A stretch of DNA of 64,000 nucleotides from the human T2T-CHM13v2.0 reference genome, Homo sapiens. This document shows positions 13,794 to 24,690 of the stretch, piece after piece. Position numbers and translations under genes: made by a program. The notes beneath the pieces were generated by a model that ran no database searches, was not told the origin of the DNA, and was given only the letters and a program-made list of their open reading frames with translations. The stretch lies in NCBI RefSeq assembly GCF_009914755.1, contig NC_060938.1; one strand, 5' to 3'. Within the stretch, counting starts at the first letter, position 1. Each line of letters begins with the position of its first letter.

Positions 13794-14669
13794 ACAGTCT
13801 TTTCTATGCAATACTGGACCAGCTAACTATAACTCAAGTTCAGATGTTTATGCTTAGGAAAAAAACATTTCTATTTTGGACTGTATAAGCTCTCATCAGC
13901 ATTTAGTTTTAGAAATAGAAACTTTTTTAACTCAGAATTTCTAACAGTAAGACAGATTCTCATTTTGATGATGATAGCTGATTTGGGGAAAATGTTTATT
14001 TCCATTTTAAAGTCTTCAAAAACGCACATATAATATCTTTCCATAGTAACAGTATTATAAGGGGGGAAGACACGATGCCGTTTTGGATTTAGTTTGCACA
14101 ATTCTTATAAAAGGCTTCCTACTTTCTTTAATAGTTTTGTGAAAATCCTTTAATAGGATACAGAGGCCCTGTCCCACTGATAGCTTGAAACCTCTCTTTG
14201 CCTTCCTCTTTTTAATTTGAATCATTTTGGGTTCTTCCTTGTATAAATGGAGAGAGTGCTCCACAATTTGGCTGGTGATACATTTGACGTGCCCGATTCT
14301 GACTGGATGGACTCGCGAGCACCAGGATCCTCAAACAAGGCCTGGGGTGGAAGCGTCTGGGGGAATGACCACAGGCAGTGTGTCAGTTGGGAGTGAGGGG
14401 CTTTAAGCTCTACACTCTGGCATGTTATCTAGCTACTCTTGTTAGTCAACTGACAACTGTGCTTCTTTAGCTATCATCTCCACACTCAGGGTGCTCCAGG
14501 TACCCAGTTCTGATGCCTGCATTATTTTCCCATTGTCAGTGCTAAGATGTCAGCTTTCCTTCTGGAGGTTCAGCCTCAGAAACAAAACTGGGGCTGGGGC
14601 CTTGCTATTGTCTGATACACGTTCTACTCTAAAGAACGCCAGTTCTTAGATTCCAGGTTGAGGGCTTTG

Positions 14670-14880
14670 CCAGTATTCCATGTGACTCTACTAGCCCCCT
14701 ACCAGGTGTATGACCTTAGATGATTAGTAGACTGCTCTATACTTCAGTTTCTCCATCTGTAAAGTGGGAGTGATAATCACATTACTTGCTTAATGAAACG
14801 TTTTGAGGATTACTTGTAACATGATTAAGATAGTCCTTGGCACACAATTAAGTACTGTAGAAGGAAATACATTATTTTCA
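14670..14880 (+). mobile_element. MIR
   Basis: tgtatgaccttag...cttcagtttctccatctgtaaagtgggagtgataat. Confidence 0.75.
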
Positions 14881-15230
14881 TTGCCGTTCTCGCTACTTGA
14901 GGTTAGGGTTGATGCAGATCACGGCACAGAACTTAACCACTACCTGACTGTTAACAACATACCATGACTTTTTTGTCAGAGCCTTCTTCCACCTAGTTTC
15001 TAAAGCTCAGTCTGTTTTACTTCATTCTCCATATCCTGCCCAGGTTCTGTGGCTTGCTGGCCTAAGTCCTCCTGAGGCAAAGGTCATGCTCAGGTCAGCG
15101 ACCCCAACTCTGTTTTTCTTAAGGTCTGGTGTCTGGTATTGTCTGCAACATATTTCTTTTAATACTATGAACTTAAAAAAAAAAGAAAAAAACAGAACAG
15201 AGAACTTGCATAGTATTTGAAAACACTCTC

Positions 15231-15322
15231 TAATCTCTTATGATAATGCATGAGGAAAAGCAACGTGCTTGCGGTAATCTCTTATGATGATGTATGAGGA
15301 AAAGCAAAGTGCTTGCGGTAAT
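15231..15322 (+). repeat. 44-bp tandem duplication (2 copies, 3 mismatches)
   Basis: taatctcttatgataatgcatgaggaaaagcaacgtgcttgcgg at 15231 and 15275. Confidence 0.95.
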
Positions 15323-15960
15323 TCTACCAGCAGTACTAAAGTCCAGCTGAAACCAGGAATCTTCAGATTTTTGATGGGAAGAGAAATTGGTTGAGATTAG
15401 GAGTGGAGAGAAGAGAAAAGGGGAAAATAATGAAATATATACTTATCTCTTCACAGTAGCTCTATCAGCTAGGTATACCAGAGACTCAAAAAGTTTTGTT
15501 AACTTCTTCAAGGTCAACAGCCTGAAGCTCAAGCTCATCTAAGACTCCAGCACAAGTTGTTGCAGAGAGAGTTAGGCCCTTGATTGTCTGGAAGGGGGGC
15601 CTGAATGTGGGCCGAACTTACTTGGCGTGGAGAAGTTGTCTTTAGTTACTACAACCACTCTGACACACCACTTAGAAATCCAGAGATATCTAAATACCAG
15701 CATTCTCTTTGTTAAATGAGTATTTATGTGCCTTTGTCTTCTGATCATCTTCCCTGTTACACAGTAACTGCTTAAGAGTCTAATGTTAAAACCAACCACA
15801 CCTGGAACAACAATTTACCCACATCTAGTGCTCAATATCTGTCACTGGAATGAGTAGATGAACACATAAACACGCCCTCATAAGCATGTCCATTTGTCTG
15901 TCCATTTGCTGTCTTCAAGACCAATTCATATCCATAATCTGATTTCATCTACCTAATACT

Positions 15961-16444
15961 TGTATTAGTTTCCTACTGCTGCTACAGCAATAGGACTGTA
16001 AACTCCGTGGCTTAAAATAACACACATTTATCACAGAGTCCAGGAAGTCAGAAGTCCAAAATGGGTCTCAGTGAGCTAAAATCAAACTGTCAGCAGTCTG
16101 CATTTCTTCTGGAGTTTCCTGGAAATAATACATTTTCTTGCCTTTCCAGCTTTTGCATTTCTTGGCTCATGGCACATTCCTCCTTGGAAGCCAAAAACGT
16201 TAGGCCAATCCCTTTCACCCTATGGTCCCTCTGATTCTCTCTCTTCTGCCTCCTGCCTCCACATTTAAGAACCTTGTGATTACTTTGGGCCCACTAGGAT
16301 AACCTCCCTATCTTAACATCAGCTGACAGCAACTTAATCACATTTGCAACCTTAATTCTCTTTTTTCATATACCCTGACATCTTCACAGTTTCCAGGATA
16401 TAGAACATGGACATCTCTGGGGTACCACCATTCAGCCCACTGCA
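15961..16444 (-). mobile_element. MLT1 (C/D-like) MaLR solo LTR
   Basis: Starts tgtattagtttcctactgctgct; contains ggaagtcagaagtccaaaatggg; ends ccattcagcccactgca. Confidence 0.85.
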
Positions 16445-16645
16445 CAACTTTATGAGGTAGGTGGGGGCGGGAGTTTCTCCTGGTATGGATTAGGAAAATG
16501 AAATGAGAACAATTAAATCCTTTACCCATGACATAGTTATAGGCAGTGGCAAAATCAGAACTACAAACTAGTTATAGTGATATCCAGTGTAGTAACCTAG
16601 TATTCCTACCATGATCCCTTTTATTCCTTAAACTTTGAGAGGTCT

Positions 16646-18183
16646 AAAATTAAGTCAAGATGGATTAAAGACTTAAATTTAAAACCCGAGGCATGATGGT
16701 TCGTCCCTGTAATCCAAGCACTTTGGGAAGCCAAGGCAGGCTGATTGCCTGAGCTTAGGAGTTCACGACCAGCCTGGGCAACACGGTGAAACCTCATCTC
16801 TACTAAAATACAAAAAAATTAGCCGGGCGTGGCAGCGTGCACCTGTAGTCCCAGCTACTTGAGAGGCTGAGGCAGGAGAACTGTGTGAACCCGGGAGGTG
16901 GAGGCTGGAGTAGGCAGAGGCTGGAGTAAGCAGAGACCACGCCACTGCACTCCAGCCTGGGTGATAGAGCGAGACTCCGTCTCAAAAAAAAAAAAAAAAA
17001 AAAAAAAAGAAAGAAAAAAAAGAAAACCCGAAAGTATAAAAACCCCAGAAGAAAATCTATGCAATACCATTCAGGATATAGGCACAGGCAAAGATTTTAC
17101 AATGAAAATGCCAAAAGCAATTGCAACAAAAGCCAAAAAATGACAAATAGGATCTAATCAAACTAAAGAGCTTCTGCACAACAAAAGAAACTATCATCAG
17201 AGTGAAAAGACAACCTACAGAATGGGAGAAAAATTTTGCAATCTACCAATCTGACAAAGGGGTAATATCCAGAGTCTACAAGAAACTTAAACAAATTTAC
17301 AAGAAAAAAAAAACATTACAAAGTGGGAAAATGACATGAACAGACATTTCTCAAAAGAAGACATTCAGGCAGCCAATAAACATTTTTTAAAAAGCCTAAC
17401 ATTACTGATCATTAGAGAAATACAAATCAAAATCTCAATCAGATACCATCTCATGCCAGTCAGAATGGCAATTATTAAAAAGTCAAGAAACAACAACAAC
17501 AAAAAAACAAGAAACAACAAGGTTGCAGAGAAAAAGGAACACTTTTACACTATTAGTAGAAATATAAATTAGTTCAGCCATTATGGAAGACAGTGTGGTG
17601 ATTCCTCAAAAATCTAGAAGCAGAAATACCCATTTGAGCCAGCAATCCCATTACAGGGTATATACCCAAAGGAATATAAATCATTCTACTATAAAGATGC
17701 ATGGACGTGTATGTTCATTGCAGCACTCTTTACAATAGCAAGACATGGAATCAACACAAATGCTCATCAACAATAGACTGGATAAAGAAAATGTGGCACA
17801 TACATACCATGGAATACTATGCAGCCATAAAAAGGAACAAGAGCATGTCTTTTGCAGGGATGTGGATGGAGCTGGAAGCCATTATCCTCAGCAAATTAAT
17901 GAACAGAAAACCAAACACCACATGTTCTCACTTATATGTGGGAGCTGAACAGTGACAACACATGGACACAGGTAGGGGAATAACACACACTGGGGCCTGT
18001 CACCGGGTTGTAGGAGGGAGAGTATCAGGAAGAAAAGCTAATGCATGTTGGGCTTTATACCTAAGTGACAGGTTGATCTATACAGCAAATCACCATGGCA
18101 CGTGTTTACCTATGTAACAAACCTGCACATGCTGCACATGTATCCCGGAACTTAAAAGTTGAAGGAAAAAACAAAAAGAAGAA
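16646..18183 (+). mobile_element. Older L1PA (approx. PA8-PA16), 5'-truncated, with nested Alu
   Basis: ORF2-like peptides ([26 protein letters not shown]) and 3'UTR. TSD gagaggtct at 16637-16645 and 18184-18192. Confidence 0.92.
16690..17022 (+). mobile_element. AluS variant inserted into L1
   Basis: Alu body with long A tail. TSD aaaacccga at 16681-16689 and 17023-17031. Confidence 0.94.
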
Positions 18184-18199
18184 GAGAGGTCTCCGTCTC

Positions 18200-19135
18200 T
18201 TCTTACTTTCTAGATAAGGTCATCCACTCCCATGGTTTAATTATTCCGTGAATGTTTATACTCCCCAAGTCCATCCCTACCCCCAATATCTGCCACAAAC
18301 TTTAGATTTGTGTTATCAGCTGTCTACCACACAGTTTGTCTGTTCATTTCACAAGAGCCTTCAATGGAATATATTCAACACCAAATTCAACAACTTCTCT
18401 AAACCTGTTTCTCTTCTATGCTTCTTATTTCAATTTTGTCATATTCCTACACCCAAAACATGGGTGTCATCCTTGCTTCTTTCCACTTTTCTGTCTCCAA
18501 ATATTCAGTACCTAAAACTCCTACTTTTCAAATCGGCTTACTTTTCTCCAACTCTGCTTCTGTGAATAAAGCCACCATCATCTCTTACCTAAATTTCTGC
18601 TTCAATGTCTCTTTCCCCTGCTTCACTCTTCTTCCTTTTCCAATATATTCTCAATGCTATAGCAAAACTTGAACCAATGCTCGCATGGATAACGGCATGA
18701 CCCTTTATGTAATCCTCCAATCTGTTGATCTGTTTAAACTCATCTGACTCTTCTAACCTTGGGACTCCTCTCTCCAGCACAATTTGAATTCTCCTACTTT
18801 GTGACATGTATGTGCACTCTCTTGGTTCTGGCATTTCAATATCTCAGAATACCCCCATTCTTACATTCTCATCTGGCTAAATCCTAGTCATCCTTCAGTT
18901 TTCAGCTTAAACTTCATTGGACTTCTCTTAACTTCCCTTTTCTCTTCCGTGTAGATAAATATCTCCCCCATGTGCTTGTCTTTACCGTGGTAATGTATGA
19001 TAACTGGTGAATCATTTAGTTTTGACTTGAACAACTGCAGGGCTGTGCTGAGCACCATTTTATCCTCATGCTTAGCACAGGGCATGGCATCAAGTACACG
19101 GTCAATACACACTTGTAACATGAATAAATGACATG
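18200..19135 (+). mobile_element. L2 remnant
   Basis: catccactcccatggtttaa...cttagcacagggcatggcat...catgaataaatga (L2 3' end). Confidence 0.7.
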
Positions 19136-19298
19136 TTCAATTATATTAAGTTCCAAATTCAAATGCAGGGCGAGAAAGAGCCCACTCATTTTTAATACAA
19201 TTCTACCGGGGTCTTTCATACATCTGGTTGTCCCCAGTTTTCCGAGTTCCTAAAACCCACATCCAAACTATGTAGAACACCAGGCCAGTTCCCATGGC

Positions 19299-19482
19299 CA
19301 GTGGTTCTATACAGCCCACTCGTGATTAACTTGTGTTTGCACAATGAAATCACCTGAGGGACTTTTAAAGCATATCCATGCTGGACCTATAGAAATTGAT
19401 TATGTCTGGGGGTGGGGAAGTATAGGTATTTTAAAAAGTTCCCCAAGTGATTGTAATGAGCAGCCAAAGTTAAAAACCACTG
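19299..19482. mobile_element. MER5-family hAT MITE
   Basis: Termini cagtggtt / aaccactg; internal aatcacctgaggg and ccccaagtgatt. Confidence 0.75.
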
Positions 19483-19598
19483 ATGTGTAATTTTAAAATA
19501 CTCCCATGACATTAAGGGCTTTCTGAGAGTATGTGGTCCACAGTGACCTCAACAGCTCCAAGTCCATATTGCCTTGCAGAGGATGGCTAAAACAATTA

Positions 19599-19727
19599 TT
19601 AGGTTGGTGCAAAACTAATTGCACCCAAAGTAACAATTATTAGGTTGGTGCAAAAGTTATTAGGTTGGTGCAAAAGTAATCAGGTTGGTGCAAAAGTAAA
19701 ACCACAATTACTTTTGCAACAACCTAA
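19599..19727. mobile_element. Rearranged MADE1 (Hsmar1-derived MITE) with four left-TIR copies and one right TIR
   Basis: ttaggttggtgcaaaa(g/c)t at 19599, 19640, 19660 and 19680 (last copy begins tcagg). Right TIR aattacttttgcaacaacctaa. TA at 19597-98 and 19728-29. Confidence 0.92.
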
Positions 19728-20270
19728 TACAATAACAGCATCTCCTACTAGGGCTGGTGCTTTGAGGGGAAGAATTAGTTGGATTAGGTATGTACAAAGG
19801 GTAAAAAGTGATGATCACTTTTTCAGCACTTAATATTTCTATAATTAAAACAAAGATTCCTGCTATTTGTCGTCACCATATCACAAACTTTGAAGATATA
19901 TTTAGAATGGTCTAAGTTGGAATACAAGTTATGGTAGCTAAAAAAAAGGAGGTTTTCCCCTCCCACCAACTACTTTAGTGAAGAGGTAGCCTTCTTCCAG
20001 AGTTTTTGAAGATGTGAACATACAATTTTAGGTTAGTGCTCCACCAGAACAAGTAGCATATTAAACTTTCATGGATGTGTATAAATTCAATATTTTAAAT
20101 GTGAAACTTAACACACACTTTGAGTCCAACTTAAATATTCCTATGTGTGAGTCATTAATTTATGAGTTACCCCCCTTATAAAAGTGGGTCATTTTAGAAA
20201 TGTAAAAATCTCTTTAAATGGAGTTCAGAAAAAACTTCCTGTTCATTTTTTTTTTTTAAATATAGAGGTC

Positions 20271-20345
20271 CTTTAGTTCAAGTGCACCTGTTGGATGATT
20301 CCATTGGAGACTTTAGTCCAAGTGCACCTGTTGGATGATTCCATT
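20271..20345 (+). repeat. 35-bp direct repeat, 5-bp spacer, 1 mismatch
   Basis: ctttagt(t/c)caagtgcacctgttggatgattccatt at 20271 and 20311. Confidence 0.95.
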
Positions 20346-21794
20346 CCTGCCATTAAATCTTACTGTGTAGACAGTTAAATACAAAATTAAATGCCCCAGC
20401 ACTTCAGATTTTGTAAACATTTGACCTCAGTTGTAATACTGAAAGCCAGATAACTCTACAACTTAAGCACTGGGTTTTAATGAAGAAGAAACTTTCAGAA
20501 TGGCCATTCTCTTAGTCGCTTTTTAGGAAGGAATTGCTTTTATTTACAGGTGGGAGGGAAGAGAATTGCAAAATTTGGTGGCCACCAGAAAGAGGAATGT
20601 AAAACTGTTTGGTAAGAGGGAGAAATCTGGATATTTTCCTTTTGTAATTAAAGCTCAGTTTGAATGTGTATTACAGGAAACATTATGTACCCATTTAAAA
20701 AAAAAGGTGGCATCACCATCCTCATCTTCACTAATTCAGATTACTCTGAATGCTACTTCACAGACACTTAATTCACTCATCCTTCCCCTTTGCCCTTTCA
20801 AAAAACAAATGTCATCATGTCCTTATAGGGGGACTGATAAATAAAAATTTTACAACTTTGAAAGTTATTTGAGATATAACTTGGCCAAATAACCACAGTA
20901 CTTTTCTATGTGTTGGCTAATATTGATTCATTTCATCGTAACTAAACTGTAAGTCACAACAAATATCCACATATAAAGAAGTGAAGTATAGGCCATATGC
21001 AATAAAGCAATTATTCTATGGCCTTGACATTTCCTAAACGATTGCTCAGTAATACAATGCGTGATGTATTTTAAAATCTGCTACTTGGTAAAGAATTTGG
21101 GCATTTTTTTTGATGCAAATGAGAAACATCTATTATTTACTTAGAAACAACTTCTGCAAAGTATTTGAACTCAACAAGCAGTGCAATTCTGGTATTCTTA
21201 CTAACTGGTTAAATTCTAAAAATGTTGAAACTCATGTTGTCACAGTTTAATGTTGATATTCAGAAAATACCTCTTCTAAGTCGGAAGTTTTGAATTTTCA
21301 AGTACTTTGTGTTCTAAAGGCTATCAGGTCTCAATTTTGGTGGCCAAGGATTGTTGGGAACTCTGTTAAATCTCATATTCTTTGCTGCAAGTTTGGGTCT
21401 TATCAGTCCATTTATTTCCCTAGAGGCGTAAAAAATGTAAATTTCCACATTATAACAAATACAAATCCCATGGAACCCAGAAATCAATGCAAAAAAATAG
21501 CAGTGTAAACTATGAAAAATAAGTTGCTACTGAGATTGTTGGAAAGTTTGAATGACCTTGTAAACTGTTACACATAAGAAAGAAGTCTTGATATAATCAA
21601 TTCTGAATTTCAAGCAGGAATTCAAGTCTTCCATGGACTGTAAGCACTTTATGACCTCAGTCAAAAAAAAAAAAAACAACAACAACAAAAAAAAAAAACC
21701 AACACCATGGCTAAAAATCCTGGTATCATTACAATAAGGACAAGTAAATTTCAAATCCATATTATCTTGTAAGAAGAAATTACTGTCTGAGGAT

Positions 21795-22370
21795 GAAGAC
21801 TTTATAGGTCACCCAATCCAACCTCCCAACATTATCACTCACAGACTGTTACCCAGATGGTTTCCTGCAATAGGCAATTTATTTGCTCAAAAGAGAACTT
21901 AGTCCATTTTGGATAGTCTTTTCAGTAAGATTTTTCCATAGGCAGAGCCAAAATCCGCCTCCTACTGGTCTTACCTGTTCTTGTTGTAGCTACAGAAGCT
22001 AAATCTCATCCTTACCCTTTTTAATAAATCTTTCAAATATTTGAAAATATGCATCAACCTTCATAGGAACCCTCTACCTTCTACAATCTGAATCTCTACC
22101 TTTGACAGGAGGAGACTCTAGATCCTCCAATAGTTCTTCCTACTGTTCCTAGGTTTTTGCCAGCCAAGCATCCTCTAGAATACTAAAATTTATTGAAATG
22201 ATGTTAAAAATATGGTGCCCAGAACTGAAAATAATACAGGTTCCAACTATGCAGAATACAGTAAAATCGTTATTGCTAACAAATAACCACTTTAATTTTC
22301 TAGGTAGACATATCACACTGTTAGTTCATATAGAATATTTGTCAACTAAACCCACTATTTATTTGTCACA
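21795..22370 (-). mobile_element. L3/CR1 remnant
   Basis: aaaatatggtgcccagaactgaa and ggtcacccaatccaacctccc resemble antisense CR1 3' region. Confidence 0.55.
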
Positions 22371-22514
22371 CATTTCAGCTGAAAAAGTTAACTTGCCCAA
22401 TTATGAGATAGAAAAGACTTTGCTTAATAGCAGCTTAATATGCCACAAGTGAAATTTCTTGTGGACCATTTCTCAATGTTCTGATATTAAACGATGAAAA
22501 GGTTGCATTCTTCT

Positions 22515-23765
<1,251 letters not shown>

Positions 23766-23900
23766 CATTTTTAAACTGGAAAGAGTTTTGAGTTCATCTC
23801 TAGGGAAATATCAGAAAAGAGGAAGAGTGCCAGCCAAGGCAAACTGGAAAGTGCTATTGCAGATTTTAAAAAGGAGAAAGAACGAGAGAAAATGATAGAT

Positions 23901-24002
23901 CAATAAATGTAAAATGGAAATATCTGGAATGTCAGAGGTTGATAGCATTTTACAATAAATGTAAAATGGAAATTTTTGGAATATCAGAGGTTGAGAGCAT
24001 TT
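23901..24002 (+). repeat. 52-bp tandem duplication (4 mismatches)
   Basis: caataaatgtaaaatggaaat...cagaggttga(t/g)agcattt at 23901 and 23953. Confidence 0.95.
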
Positions 24003-24542
24003 AGGCGAAAAAATACTAATTAGCTGATCCATTTGAGCCAGATAAAATCACTTTTTCTTAGGAGTGAGTGAGTCTTACATTAGTCTTCTTTTGCAATTTC
24101 TGAAAGATAAAGCAATAACTAGCATATAAAGCATTGCATTTTCAGCAAATCGCATGTTAGAGTGACTCGGGATAGTCTAGTAAGTTAAAAAACAAAACAC
24201 AGCATGAGCTGAACATTACACATATGAATTGCTGATGAACTGATTTATGTCTATCTCCATGAAATTATCTAGTAATAGAGTCAGGCCTATATATGTGCAT
24301 ATGTACTAAGTTTTTATTTTTTATTTTTCAAATCAGTATCTTAGTTGAAGAGATAAAATGCTATTTAGTATAAAACATAAAGGATATGCAAAGCTAGAAA
24401 AGGACAGTTGTTTATAAGATACGAAAATCAAGTTTCCCAAATTTGAAATATCATTTGGATTACAGACTAGAGCTGATTCCTATGTTTCACATTTTCTACT
24501 AGGTTCATACTTTAAAATGCCTATAAAGGCTGCTAATCATTA

Positions 24543-24690
24543 TGGGTTCCTTTTTGCGATGATGGAAATTTCTAAAGTTAGATAGTGATGACTGCATAAC
24601 TTTGTGAAATACATTAAAAACCACTGATTTGTAAATTTTATATGAGTGAATTTTATGGTATATGAATTATATCCCAATAAAATATTTTTA
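24543..24690 (+). mobile_element. L1MB/ME extreme 3' end
   Basis: gatgatggaaatttctaaa...gtgaattttatggtatatgaattatatcccaataaaa. Confidence 0.75.

Noticed and set aside
15284-15350. C/D-box snoRNA-like pair (ATGATGA...CTGA)
   Set aside because: Antisense to the host transcript, no terminal stem, and the C box exists in only one copy of a tandem duplication.
19591-19729. CRISPR-like repeat array
   Set aside because: Repeats are contiguous mariner TIR copies without unique spacers, in mammalian DNA with no cas genes.
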